A DNA stretch of 64,000 bases from Xylographa opegraphella (Eukaryota). This document shows, one piece after another, positions 25,001 to 39,560 of this stretch. The notes under the pieces are model-generated. The model had not been told where the DNA came from and ran no database searches. It saw only the letters and a list, made by a program, of their open reading frames with translations. The first letter of the stretch is position 1. Each line of letters starts with the position of its first letter. The position numbers were made by a program, and so were the translations under genes. The DNA lies in NCBI GenBank assembly GCA_022813865.1, contig JALDZX010000014.1:372001-436000 (forward strand), written 5' to 3'.

Positions 25001-28000
25001 CTTCCAACCTTCCGTCCTCTTTGGGCAATGGTAGTCATTCTCACAAACACTTGGGGCCCTGTGTGTCAACTTACATCAACGTGGCTGCAAAATTTCTCGC
25101 CGGTTTCTTCGAGAACACCTCGCTTTGCGCGCTCTTTATTGAATACGGCGGAGTTGAGTCAATCTTGAATATGGCAACTGTTCCTAGTTTATCATACGAT
25201 TTCAACAACAAGCAGGCCAAAGAAGAGTTAGCTAGAGTCATCCATATGCTCATTGAACAAAAGCCTCACTTAGTACTTCCTTCGATCATTAACCGCACCC
25301 TGCAGAACCTTGAAGTGGTCCAACCTCTGGTCAATCACAACAAAGGATCAGCATTCTTCTCACAATTTACCACGCTTGGCTCCAAAGTAAGTGGTAAAAA
25401 TCGTGAGCAAGATGAGCAGCCTCCGGATGCTATCAACGGGACTGCAATCATTAAAGCGTTGCTCAATATCCATACGCTCTGCAACATCTTCTATGAAGCT
25501 TTCGCTCAACCAATTTTCACATCTCGAGCAACACATACGCTGTTCAGTCAAACAAATCTTGCTGATATGTATATTACCCTTGTAAAGAGCCTAGGTCGAT
25601 TACACGCAGTCTGCGTCTGGGAAGAGATCCTACTCCAGAACAGTATACCTGAGGCATTGAAAGAAGCTACACGAATCAAGGGCTATGGCATGGGAAGCGA
25701 CGAAGCAGACGAGGTCTTTGGATTCATCCGACGCGATCCAAGCGGGATCCGGATTCCTATTGAAAGTCTTGCTGCGGTGGGCTCCTCATCTACCTCAGAT
25801 CGTCCCATGTCTGCTTTTGACGAATCTACGAACGATAGGATCCTCGGCGCGTCATCAGAGATTGCAAGTACGGTTCAACTGAAGAACGTACGGTCTATAC
25901 GATACTTACTGAGTCAAATACCCTCGTGTATCACTCCATTCTTTCAAGGGCTTGGCAAAGCACTGATTCCCAAGCGGCGACTTGAATCTTATTTAAGGCA
26001 AAGCGCTTATATGGTCGCAGAAGCCCTGGCTGACGCCACATTGGGTCAACTGAAGTATGATCTTCCTAGAAATACGCAGCATGCGAAGGATCGGTATGCC
26101 TATTGGATTGTGATATTGACCTCAATATCACAATTGATGATTGAAGGTCTGTTTCTGGAGAACACTTCTGCTATACTAAACTGACCGTGTTCACTAGGTC
26201 CAGCCGAACGGGCGCATCCTCAATGCTTGACTATGGTCCTTCAAGCCTTCAAGAGTCAGGGCGGATTGGTTGCTATTAAAGATCTCCTCGAGATCTTTTT
26301 CGAAGAAGTGAAACAGATTTCTACTGCTCCGGAGCAGCTGGACCACAACTCCGACGGAGCTGGTCGCCTAGCCTCTGCATATGGGGGCATTAAGATTATA
26401 CTCACATTTTATACTCATATCGTCACTTCAAAAGATATCATCGACTCAAGCCAGACACAAGGCATGTCGTCGATCGATCGCGACCGCGAACACCCGAACT
26501 ACTTCTCTCCAAATCAATTCTTAGTTGAATTGCGAATGGCTGTATTGCCAATTGTTCGATCCCTATGGGACTCCGGCTTCGCTGATAGAGCTTCTAGCTC
26601 TATATTGAAATGTATGATTGAAATACTTCGGACAGTCTTAGACGGGGAGCATGAAATGGGCGCTTTCAAGCGCTCGGACAAGATACCGGTTCATGCAAAA
26701 GCTCAGTTCAAACCATTCGCTATCTCTCGGGAAAAACTTGAGTTGTTGAAGGCGAAGGACATTGATCCGGGGCTCGCACGAGAAGCCCTATATCGTTGCG
26801 TAAATAACCGTGAAGCTGCTGAAGAGTATTGTAAGGCACGGGTCAATTTCCGCCAACTTCTGAGAGCACCTATTCCGCTACACGATCTGGAAAAGGAAAA
26901 ATCACCTTCTCCAGCGAGGACCCCACAACGCCAAGACTCTGAGGCTACCGTACCTGATGCAGAGAATGCGTCAACTGACTACACAATGTCGCTGCCGTCC
27001 ACGGCTTCACCCGAACGAGAAACCAGCATTGTACCAGCTCCGAACTCTCAACCCGAGGTCGAAGGCACTAATGGGTCTTCTACCACTTCCATGGCACCGC
27101 CACCAGCACCCGAGTCGCCACCCCTAATTGACGGTGATGGCGGTGAGGGGATGGCGATGAGTATAGATAATTTGTTAAGCATTTCTGACCTGCTCAACCC
27201 AGCTCCGGTCAATGGGGATGGCGTAAATGTGAATAAACTTGGAACTATACCCGTTTCCGTCAAATCAATGGAATCTAGCAAAGCGGCCAACATTGTCACG
27301 GTCGATGATCTCGACGAGGAACGATCTATCGTGCGGAATAATCTCATCGACCGCGCTTTGGACGTCCTCAATGTCCATACAGATATTACGTTTGAGTTGG
27401 CCGACTTAATCACTACAGCTGCAAGTAAAGCTCAGGAAGCCTCTACAATGCGAAGAGAAATAGGTGAGACTTTGATTCAGTCTCTCATATCATTTCAGGC
27501 AGAGGACGACCTTCGCCTCGCTGGAAAAAAGATAGCTTCATATGCAAATCTCCTCGCCATAGTTTTGCAAGAGCCTGAATTCTATGATGCGTCTTTGGAG
27601 GAATTGAGAATGAATTTTGGTCAGCTTCTCGGCTTTATCAAAGTCTTTCCAGAACAGACTTCAACAGAATCGTCACCCTGGGTAGCCCAGATCTTACTGG
27701 TAGTTGAGAAGCTCCTTGCCGAAGATGTGCAACCTCAACAAATTAAATGGACCCCATTCGCGAAAGACGAAGCGCATTCTGATGATTCGATAGTCGACAT
27801 CGAAGAGCCCCTCGTGTCATATGACGAGAAGTTACAGCTATTCCTTAAACTGGTCGAAGCATTGCCACATATTGGAAAAGATGAAACCTTAGCTCTTTCT
27901 GTTGCGAGAGTCCTTGTGATACTGACCAGGAATCGGAAGATCTCCAATTTACTCAGCGAGAAACAAAACTTGCAGAGACTTTTCGTGATGATGAAGCAAC

Positions 28001-31000
28001 TGGCCGGATATGAAAGCGAGAAATTGCAGAGCTCGTTTATGGTAGTTCTACGTCACATAATGGAGGATGAGGAAACCATTAAGCAGATCATGCGCAGCGA
28101 GATAATCGCGAACTTCACGACGAGAACTGCTCGTCCAATGGATACAACAAGCTATGTGCGCCACATGTATCACCTGGTGTTGCGTTCTCCTGCAATTTTT
28201 GTGGAAGTGACCAACGAAAAACTGAAATTGGCGAAATTCGATCCAAGTCAGAGACCTCAAATTCTTACTTTGAAGGTAGACCCTCTGAAAGAGTTATCTT
28301 CTAGCATCAAGGAAACTTCTTTGTCAGAAGTTCTAGAGATTCTTGAGGATGTCCATGGAGTGAGTAAAGACGACGTCAAGCAATCCACGGAGGATCAGCC
28401 AAGCACGAGTACCACAGAAAAAGCAAGGAATTCTGAAATCAAGCCGCCGGTAGTCGAGCACCCGGACGGTGTGATACACTACCTTCTTACTCAATTGCTA
28501 TCGTATAAAGACGTTGACGACAAACAATCCGAGGTAAATTCGAAAGAAGCGACTCATAAGATACCACCCGCGTCATCCCTCGACATAGAAATGGCCAACG
28601 TACCTTCACCTTCTCTGTCGCCATCAAGGGTGCCTAATGTGGTGGAAAATGGTTCCGAAAAACAGGGTGAGAAGTCCGAGTTCAAACTGGAAGAACATCC
28701 AATCCATATCTACCGCTGCTTTCTTCTGCAATGTCTCTCCGAGTTATTGTCATGCTACAATCGTGCAAAGGTGGAATTCATCAACTTCTCTAGAAAAGCC
28801 GATCCGAAGGCTATGACACCATCGAAGCCACGATCTGGTGTTTTGAGCTATCTTTTGAATGTACTTCTACCAGAGGGTACCTTGTTACATGACCAGTCAA
28901 TTGCTGCCCAGAAGAAAACCGCGACCTCGAAAGCGGCGATATCAACCATCGTAGCATTATGTACAAGAACTGGTGAAAATGGCCACAGGAACACAGTACA
29001 GCTTTTCGACGCCGACCCAGAGCCCGAATTGTTGTTTGTGAGGAAGTTCGTCCTTGAACACGCGCTTAAGGCCTACAAAGATGCGCACGCCTCGATCGAG
29101 GCTCTCGATATCAAATACTCCCGTCTACAATCTCTTGCGGATCTGTTCCTTCAGATTGTCACTAGTAGAACTGCACACATTATCAGTCGCACGCCTGACA
29201 ATGAAGATCCCGCCCACAAGGAGCTTGCAAAGATCATGTTCGAAAAGAACTTCATTGCGGCATTGACAGCTTCGATCGCGGACATAGATCTCAACTTTCC
29301 AGGTTCTAAGAACACTATCACCTATATACTGGGGCCGTTAAAAATTCTCACGGAAACGGCTATCTTTCTTAGTGAAACATCGAGTATAACGACTACGCCA
29401 GGATATACAGATGACGATCAGATATCTACCGCGTCTTCCGTATCGGATCTGAATGATGGACGAGAAGAGACGCCCGACCTATTCCGTCATTCTACCTTGG
29501 GTATGCTGGAACCGGGAAGGGACGAGGAGTCAAGTTCGGAGTCGTCAGACGAAGATGAAGACATGTACGATGACGAGTATGATGATGGGATGGAATATGA
29601 AGAGGAGATGGAGCGCGATGGAGACGAAGTCGTCAGTGACGAAGACGAAGAGATCGACGGCGCTGGCCATATAGAAGGCCTATCTGGTGACGTTGGCATG
29701 GATGTTGAGGTAGTCATTGATGAGGACGATGATGAGGAAGAAGATGCTAGTGAGGATGATGATCCAGATGATTCTGAAGATATAGACGACGAAGAAGAGA
29801 TTGAAATCATCGACGAGATAACTGGGGATGGCAATGAGAGCATGATGGAGGATAATGATGAAGAATGGCAGGACGAGGACGAAGATCGAGAAGATTTTCA
29901 AGACGATGTTGGCTTAATCCATGGGACAGACAATCCTCTCAACCACGACCAACAAAACCATGGAACCACTGTGAGGGACCTTATGAGAGACATGCAAAAC
30001 GTCGGCGGACCGCTTTCAGGTTTAGACGGAAGAGAGTTTGCAGTCCATGACGAGTTTGAAAGAAGTGTATACTTAGAGGAACCAGCTCGCGATGAGGACG
30101 GTGAGTGATGAACGTAATTCAGGCTGAATCATGCATGCTTACTACTATTTTAGATGACGATGAGGATGATGAAGACGAGATGGACGATGAGGATGTCATC
30201 TACGAGCCTGATTATGAAGGTAAGATGTGATTCAAAATGGTAGACAATTGGATTGACTGTTATAGATGACGAACCTGGCATGCCTGATCCACCGTGGGGA
30301 TTGGATCCGGACGAGGAGTTGGGTATTCCATCGCGAGGACACACAAACAATTATAATTCTCATCCACATCGGTCGCACAACCCATGGATTTTCCCGCATA
30401 GAGAAAGAGGCATGCTTGGTAAGATACTTGAGTTTTTATATCAAAGCTTTCTAACTTACGTCTAGTACCACAACGGTCACATCGTGGATCTAACGTTCCG
30501 CGAGGCATGGACGATGGTACTAACCCCTTGCTGCAGCGTCTTGGTCACGCTGGCTCTATTGGTGGCCATCAACGGACCAATCGTCTCGGCCAATCCGATC
30601 CAGCGGCGACCATGAGTGACTGGGTACACGCAATTCATCCTAGACAGCAGTCTGAAGGTGCTGTCTCATTTATCAATAGCATTGTATCTGCTGTAAATTC
30701 TGGCGGTCCTGGCTTTAGCGCTGTCGGTGGACCACATGGAGCTTTACACTTTCACATTGGTGGCAATGGCCCTCTTGCGGCTTTACCACGAGAAATACAA
30801 GCAGTTCTAGGATTTCGACGGTCAATGAACGACTCAATAAGGAGTTCACGAGAGGATTCAATAAATACAACAGCACCAATACCAGTCACAACGGTGGCCC
30901 GGTGGCAAGAAGAAGCACGACTTCTTTTCGGGAACAGTTATACGGAGAAAATCCAGCGTGTGGTAAATTCACTGCTGAAAATCCTAGTACCTCCAGCTGT

Positions 31001-34000
31001 TGAGGAAGAAAAAATAAGGAAACAACAAGAAGCAGAAGCCGCAGAACAACTCAGAAAGCAAAAAGAGGAAGCAGAGAAGGCAGCTGAGGAGGCACGTATT
31101 CTCAAAGAAGCCGAAGAAAAAGAGGCAAGAGCGAAACAGGAACGCGAAGCTGCTGCGATGGCTGCTACCGATAATACAGCCGCGAGAAACGCGGATGCAG
31201 AAATGCACACGGATGAGATCCCGGAACCTAGGAACCCTGATCCTATGGAAGGTGTCGAGTCCGCCCAATCCGACTCAACTACAACTATTCCTGAGCTTCG
31301 TCCTCAGCCAGATGCCTCAGTGGTTGTTGGAGATTCAGAGCAAGTTTCTCGCGTTAGGGCATCTTTTCGAGGTCGCGAAGTTGACATCACGGACCTTCAC
31401 ATTGATCTTGACTATCTCAATGCCTTGCCGGATGATTTGCGTGAAGAAGTACTGATGCAGCAACTCGCCGAGCAGCGTTCGCAAGCCGCTGCATCGGGGG
31501 ACGAGCCAACGGATATCAGCCGTGAGTTTCTCGAAGCATTGCCGCCAGAAATTAGGGAGGAACTGCTACAGCAAGAGGCCCAAGACCGGCGCCGACGTGA
31601 GCGTGCGGAAACTCGACGACGAGCAGCCGCAAGTGGAAGTACGACCAACGCCCGTGCAGAAGACATGGACGCTGCAAGTATCCTAGCTTCCCTAGATCCG
31701 CATCTGCGTCAAGCGGTCCTTCTAGAGCAGAACGAGGACGTACTTGCCCAACTGCCTTCACATATCGCGGAGGAAGCCCGTGCACTGGGTGGTGAACGTA
31801 CTATGCGGCGGTGGGAAGACGTGCCACGTATCAATCGATTAACAGGACGCATAGATGAGCGTCTTGCACCTCGCGAGAATAACCTTGAAACTGGGTCGAA
31901 AAAATCTCCCCGTCGACAAGTCGTACAGATGCTGGACAAGGCGGGCGTGGCAACATTACTTCGGCTCTTATTTGTCCAACAAGGTGATTCACGGGACACT
32001 ATAAATGCAATCCTACACAATGTATCCCAGAATCGACAAAATCGAGCCGAGGTTATTAGCTTGCTGTTATCCATTCTTCAGGATGGGAGTTCAGACGTCG
32101 CAGCCGTTGAGAGAAGCTTCGTTCACCTCTCTTTACGGGCGAAACAGCCGTCGTCTCAAAAATCCCCACATCCTCTCAAGCGAACACTCACTGGTCTTAT
32201 TTCCAGCCCTATTAATTCGGAGATGACTCCCTTGATGGTTATTCAACAGTGTCTCAATGCGCTTGTTCATCTAACAGAGATGAACCCACACATGCCTTCC
32301 TTTTTCCTTATTGAGCATGAAACATCCGCTGGCTTGAGGAATAAAGCGAGTAAGAAGGGGAAAGGAAAAGAAACTCGAGCCTCAAAGTTTGCGTTGAATG
32401 CTCTGCTTGGTCTTCTCGATCGTAAGCTTATCATGGAAAGCTCGGGTTGTATGGAACAACTCTCCACACTGCTTCAGAGTATAACCCAGCCCCTAACTTT
32501 TCTTCTGCGAAAGGAAAAAGAAAAAACAACAGAGTCATCAAAGGAACTCGGAGACGGAGGCGGGTTGGACAATCAAGTGACACTGAATGTTGAGGAGGCC
32601 GTGGTCTCATCAGAGACTGCTGGCCAGAATGAGGACACTCAAATGGCGGAGCACGGAATAAACACACCGGAAGCGGACTCCGAAAGCCCTGCCACCCTGG
32701 GTTCTGCAATGCCTATACGTGACGTTGTGGATGAAACATCGGGACCGGCTGATAAGAACGATGATGGTCAGAAGCCGGAGACCGATATGTCTTTAAACAA
32801 GCAACGAACTTTGAGCCCGCCCGTGGTCCCGGATTACAATCTTCGCTTAATCGTGAACATACTCGCAGCTCGTGAGTGTAGCGCAAAGACGTTCCGGGAT
32901 ACGCTGTCGACTATCAATAACTTGTCAGCGATACCAGGCGCCAAAGGAGTATTTGGCAATGAGCTTATCAAGCAGGCTCAGGATCTAGGGGAAGCAATAT
33001 CACATGACCTAGATGACTTAATTCCTCAGATCCAGAGAGCGGAGACGGGAACGGACATCCAAGGCATGGCTCTTTCGAAGTTCTCTCCATCTTCATCGGA
33101 TCAGGCCAAGCTCCTACGTGTGCTTACAGCGCTCGACTATCTCTTCGATCCTAAGCGTAACGGTGGCAAGTCTACACCTTCAGCAGACGTTGTTTCAGCA
33201 GACAGCGAGTCCAAAGACGACCTTTTGACAACCCTGTATGAAAACTCCACTTTCGGGCCACTATGGGTCAAACTCAGTGATTGTTTAAGCACAATCAGGC
33301 AGAGAGACAGTATGGCAAACGTGGCCACTATTCTTTTGCCTCTGGTCGAAGCTCTAATGGTTGTCTGCAAAAACACTACACTGAAGGATGCCGTGTCTAC
33401 TAGGATAACAAAAGAATTCACCGTCACTAGCCCTCCGCCTGAATCTCGAATGGAAAACTTGTTCTTCCGCTTCACAGAAGATCATCGTAAGATCTTGAAT
33501 GATCTGGTTCGTCACAATCCACGCCTGATGAGTGGAACTTTTTCTTTACTGGTCAAAAATCCAAAGGTCCTCGAGTTCGACAACAAGCGTAACTACTTTA
33601 CCCGACGACTTCATTCTCGATCTGCGGAGGCCCGACTTCCACAACCCCCCTTGCAATTGTCCGTTCGTCGTGACCAAGTTTTCCTCGACTCCTTCAGAGC
33701 GCTCCATTTCCAAAAACCGAATGAGATCAAGTACGGCAAACTCAGCATAAGATTTCAGGGCGAAGAAGGTGTAGATGCTGGCGGAGTTACCCGAGAGTGG
33801 TTCCAGGTGATGTCGAGGCAGATGTTCAACGCAGACTATGCACTGTTTATCCCTGTAGCTTCTGACCGCACGACATTCCACCCTAACAAATCCAGCCATA
33901 TTAACCCCGAGCATCTCACGTTCTTCAAATTTATCGGTCGTATCATTGGCAAGGCTCTCTACGAGAGTCGAGCCCTGGACTGCCATTTCAGCAGAGCTGT

Positions 34001-34842
34001 TTATAAGCGCATTCTAGGCAAGCCAGTTTCGATCAAAGACATGGAGACGTTAGATCTCGATTACTACAAGTCTCTCTTATGGATGTTAGAGAACGACATT
34101 GCGGACATAATAACGGAAACATTCTCTGTCGAGACTGAAGAGTTCGGCGTCACGGATATTGTTGATTTGATAGAGAATGGCCGCAACATTCCTGTCACTG
34201 AAGAGAACAAGCAGGAGTATGTGCAGTTGGTGGTGGAATATCGCTTGACAGGATCGGTTAAGGTGCAACTCGAGGAATTTTTGAAAGGTAGGACTCATGA
34301 TTTGAGCTGAAGATTCATGTGTTTAATGCTTACTCGGGACAGGTTTCCATGATATCGTACCCGCGGAACTCATTTCCATTTTCAACGAACAAGAGCTTGA
34401 GCTGTTGATATCTGGTCTTCCTGATATCGACGTTGACGACTGGAAGAACAACACGGAATATCACAACTACCAAGCGTCTTCGCCACAAATACAATGGTTT
34501 TGGCGAGCCGTCCGATCCTTTGACAAGGAAGAGCGAGCCAAGCTTCTACAATTTGTCACAGGTACTAGTAAGGTGCCTCTGAATGGATTCAAAGAGCTCG
34601 AGGGAATGAATGGCTTTAGTCGATTCAACATTCACCGGGACTACGGCAACAAGGATCGACTTCCAAGCTCCCATACTTGCTTCAACCGTAAGCTGCTGCA
34701 AAGTCCACCGTCGTAATGTCTCGCAGGATCCGCTAACATGTTTCCAGAACTCGACCTCCCGGAGTATGACAGCTACGAAGCTCTTCGACAGCAAGTGTAC
34801 ACCGCCATGACGGCCGGTAGTGAATATTTTGGGTTTGCATAG
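22063..34842 (+). CDS. TOM1: HECT E3 ubiquitin ligase Tom1/HUWE1; introns 22111-22170, 26147-26197, 30101-30153, 30220-30265, 30419-30465, 34288-34342, 34688-34747
   Basis: [13 protein letters not shown]-terminal armadillo-type region, acidic tract, UBM-like [12 protein letters not shown] repeats, HECT domain ([33 protein letters not shown]) ending YFGFA*. All seven introns keep the frame. Confidence 0.95.
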
Positions 34843-35804
34843 GCGTCCTTCCACGGCAGCGCTTGATGGGCATTTGTCGGCGTAGGAATGGCAGCATGGC
34901 CTGACGAGCAATATGAAGAATGTGTCAATCCAAGTAGCTGGATATCTTGTTGCAGGAGGACCGGCATTAGATCCCCATGATTCGCTTCAGCTGATGTATT
35001 TTCTCGACTTCCTGGTTTCGTCAGACATAGGTCACCACAGACAGCGTGCAGGTTGTCTGTTCGATCATACTGCCGGCCATGGGTTTTGCTACTCGTGCGC
35101 ATTTTGTACATAGATTGAAAGGATTGTAATTGGAGAGCTTGTATTCCACGACGTGCACACTTGGCGAATGACCTCGCCGACCAGAGACCTATCGCTTGAC
35201 CCTACTACCCATCCAACCTATCACAGTCTGATCGGGTAGAATGCAGCCCAAATATTTACAACGGCAAGGTTGGAGTTCTCAACGTCTCGCTTGCGCGATC
35301 AACCCCAAACCAAAGATGGAGTGCGGCGAGTAAGCTGAAAGAAACATCATCGATCGCACTCTGGGAGCTGTCTACTGTAGATCTTCCATTATCAAGCAAC
35401 CAGTAAAGAAGAAACGAGTGGCGTATGAAATCTCCTCCGCTTGACCTCAGCCCTAGTGCGTGGATAGACTTTTCAGCATATTTTTCATGATGCCATCGCA
35501 AGTGGCGTTTGCACTTCGCCGAGCTTTCAGTCTGTCGATCCATAATGCTGGTTGACAACGCCAAATACATCCCCTTGGGGAGAGTCTCGATCACACATCA
35601 CCACCGGGAGCCGACAAGATCGGCGAGTGGGATTCAAGGAAACTACTTTTCTGAATTGTCAGACCTGCGCGTGAGCACTGCTTGCTGGTCGAGCGGTATC
35701 AATGAAAGTGGCATTTGTATAAAGCCATCTCCGTCCTCGCCAAGAACGGCATTGTCCATTCATTGCCCATTCCCAAGTCCGGTTTCCTAAACTACATCGA
35801 TAAT

Positions 35805-36934
35805 ATGTCCACCCAAACCGCTGCCACCGGTCTGGCTGGCGCCCTCTTCGGCGCGGCTCTGACAGCCTCCGCCATTTACTTTCCCTCAGTCATTACGTCC
35901 CAGATGGAACTGCGAAACTTCCACATGCTAAAGGTATTCATTGTTGCGAGCGCTTGCAGTGCGTAAGTCTTTCCTACACCCTGCTGTGCGCTGGGGAGTG
36001 ATTGAGCACTTTTGTGAAACATGCACTGTCTAACATACACGACAGCCTAGTTATCCGTGCTTTAAGTATTTATGGCCTTACCAGCTTCGGCCCTCGTTCT
36101 CCATCCACAATCCACCTATTTAGTTCTTACGATGCAAATGTAATCGGTGGCCTTCTTCTTGGTGCCGGAATGGCGATATCCGGTGCATGTCCGGGCACCG
36201 TCTTTCCGCAAGTTGCCACGGGGATACCTTCCGGCTTCTTCACGCTTGCCGGCGCTGTTCTTGGTGCGATTCTATGGACCGGCTATGGTTTCAGACTGAA
36301 AAGTCGTTCACCATCCGCTCCAGCCCAACTTGACTCTAGCGGTCCGCCAACAATTCAATCCCAGCTCAAGATCTCCACGACGCAAGCGCTCATCGCTTAT
36401 CAGGGTATTTGCCTAGTTGTCGTCTTGCTCGCCACGGTGCTGGTGCCGCGGACTTCACTTCCGCCCACGATCCCGATCGTAGGCGGCCTCCTCATTGGTA
36501 CAACCCAAGCATCCAGCTTGCTTTTGACAAACAATCCACTTGGCACATCTTCGTCGTTCGAGGAGATCGGTCACTGGTTTTGGTACGCTTGGCAAGCTCT
36601 CAGGGGAGCTCCCCAGTTGAAATCAGTGCCCGAGAAGCCTTCCACGCGATCCATAACGTTCGTGGTTGGTGTCTTGGTGGGAAGCTGGGCTTACGCGCAG
36701 TTCGCTACCGGGTATTCATCAATTGCTAGAAGATTTGAGGGTGGTCCCAGCATTAGCCCGCAGAATGCATTTGCAGGAGGTTGTATGATGATCTTTGGCG
36801 CGAGGCTTGCTGGCGGATGCACGTCCGGTCACGGCATAAGCGGGATGGCGACCATGGGCGTTGCAAGTTTTGTAAGCGTTGCGTCGATGTTCGCAGGAGG
36901 ATTAGGGTTGGCTGCTGTGCTAAGGCAGAATTGA
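35805..36934 (+). CDS. YeeE/YedE family (sulfur-compound/thiosulfate transporter-like) membrane protein; intron 35963-36045
   Basis: GGLLLGAGMAISGACPG and FGARLAGGCTSGHGISG Cys motifs; multiple hydrophobic helices. Confidence 0.88.
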
Positions 36935-37147
36935 GGCGGTAATGAAGCAATGTTTGAGGCAAACGTGTAGATTATGCAGTCTAAATAAAGAGAAAGAAAT
37001 ACACGGATGGCGGCATTCTCCATGTATCCATATGTTGAGGGTGACTTCTCTGATCAATAGACAGGGCTTTGACGGTAGTGCCTCTACACTCGCAAGGGCG
37101 ATTATCACGATCGACGCATTGAACATACCAGCTTGGAACATGTACCA

Positions 37148-38317
37148 TTAAGGGGCGTGGCTAAACAAAAAGCTCACACTCTCTCCGTTGTGGGTTCTCC
37201 GACAGGCTTCGGCTAGCGTAGCACTGATATCAATGGTCTCTATTTTCGAACACAGCGCCTTCTTTTCTTCATGAGGTACGGTGTTTGTAATCACCACCCG
37301 TTTTAGCTGACTTGCGTTGAGCGTCTCAATGGCCTTGCCGCTTAAAATTCCATGGGTAACCAAGGAGACAACTTCCCGGGCGCCGTGTGCCATTATAGTA
37401 TCAGCAGCTTTTGCGAGAGTTCCGCACGTGTCAGCCATGTCGTCTACGACAATAGCGACCTTGTCCTTAACGTCGCCGACGAGAACCATTCGGGAAACTT
37501 CATTGGGCCGATTGCGTTCTTTATGGATAAGAGCGAAGGGGAGGTCAAGACGATCGGCGATGGAGGTTGCCCTAATGAAACCACGATTAGTTTCGCGGTT
37601 TGAAGGTTGGTAAGTTTGACTCTGTTTCCGTAGAAAACACCGCCACTTCTCATCCTATACACACCTCTTTGCACCTCCGGCATCCGGACTGACTATTACG
37701 GCACTCTCAACATCTAAATTTGTCTTGATCCATCTGACGGTACTGGGTTCCGCGTATAAGTTGTCTACAGGCACATTGAAGAAGCCTTGAATTTGACTAG
37801 CATGTAGATCCATAGTGATAAGATGATTGCAGCCAGCTGTTTGAAGCATATTTGCCATAAGTTTGGCAGTAATTGGAGCTCGAGATTTGTCTTTCTTGTC
37901 TTGGCGAGCGTAGGGAAAGTTGGGTATCACAGCGGTGATACGACGGGCAGAAGCAGTCTTACAGGCCGATATGATGATCAGGAGCTCCATTATGCCGTCG
38001 TTGATGTCGCCAGGAGCGGTTGTCTGGAGGATGAACACTGCAGAATAACGTCAGTCTCGCATCACCTTGCCGCACAAGCTGCCGATGTGGGAGGTATTCA
38101 CCGTCCTCGTCTCGCACAGTCTCTCCGATAGTGACCGAAGTCTCCTGGTTTGAATACTGCAAAACCATAATCTTGGTGAGCTCAATGCCCAAACTGTGCT
38201 CGAATTATTGCCCATCGTCAAGTCTTAGAATCAGAATAGTTTTTACTGGTCTGCTACCAGCTTTGCCAGCTGGGGATGGCTGTTGCCAGTGAGCAACTTT
38301 ATAGAGTTGGTCGCCAT
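37148..38317 (-). CDS. PRS: Ribose-phosphate pyrophosphokinase (PRPP synthetase), three introns
   Basis: [65 protein letters not shown]. Confidence 0.95.
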
Positions 38318-38699
38318 GGTCGGCGTCGTGTGTGAGCTTTCAATGCCTCATATTGATAGTGCGGGTGGAAGCTCTCAATCCGAGCTTCGGAAAATTCTAC
38401 GGAGGCTCGGGAGGCTGGGAGGTAAAATTTCAGCCCTACAAAAGCGTCCACGGAAGCCACAATTTTCACATTGACCCACCAAGTACTACCATGCAGAGGT
38501 AAGAATACGATGTTCGCTATTCATGTTGTACTTCGTCTATCTCGCTTGTGAACAAAGATGGACATGGCCGCCCAATTGGGTGATAAGGTTATCGTGGGCA
38601 TTCCCATGCCCGAAATACTACAACTGCTCGAGGTATACATTAGTGCTTAGTAGACTACCTTACTACAGAATTTCCCACGGCTATCGGGCAGAAGTTTCC

Positions 38700-39560
38700 A
38701 CCGGACTCAGAAGGGAGATGCCCTGCAATGGGCATATGAATTCTATATGTGTTAGATGAGTTGGGTTCTCTGCTGTCCCTTTGGTTCTTAAATGACATTA
38801 TCAGAAGCATGTCTAGCTGCTTGGATGCTCGTTGGTCGAACATAGAGTCCAAACTATTGTCATAACCTCCCTCCAGCATGTCTACTTTATACCGGAATGG
38901 GAAGAATATACTACTTTATTCGAGCTTCTCAAAACCGCATTTTCTCTTGTAATATCTAAGATGTTATGGCTGGGGGTCACTGCCTCGCCGTAGAGCAATA
39001 AGTTCCTCTCAAAGACTCTGACCCTCAGCCTGGTAACATCACAGTCGTCTTTGCACATAGCCTTGGATCTGCCGAGAAATGCCATGAACCGTTCTTTTGT
39101 TGACCTCTCTCTGTCTGGCTTGCGACTGGGTGTGGTCTGGGCTGCCAACCCAACACACTCGAACGCATCCTACACCCTCATTGGTTTCTTTATTGATGAC
39201 GAGTCAAGCTTTTGCGATGCCACTTAAGTATTTATACACATGATCCACCATGTCCTGCAGCTCGTACCGCCAGCCCTAATGTTGCAAAGTAAGATATCGT
39301 AATGATCTGGGCCCAGTCTTTATCAGCCTTAGATTTGCAACGCATCTATTCAGCCTTGGCTGTCTTGTCTGCGAAGCGTCTGAACCTCGCGGGAAGCGGC
39401 CTGAAAATCGCCGAGGCGAACTTGGAGGTACACAGTACGCCCCTGGTGCTGTTTTGAGCGAGTAGTTGACTTCGTTTTGAGAGATCTTCGAGGAGCTCTA
39501 AATCAACGTAGCCCCTCCCTGTCAATGACGACGGCTAAGCAGATGGGAATGTGCTCATAG
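38700..39560 (-). pseudogene. Possible relic of a kinesin-light-chain-type TPR repeat gene; ends approximate
   Basis: Broken frames give KTAKAE*/DALQI*G**RLGPDHYDILLC (39290-39316 for LGPDHYDIL), resembling the AL.I.E..LGPDHPDTL consensus. No intact ORF. Confidence 0.35.
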
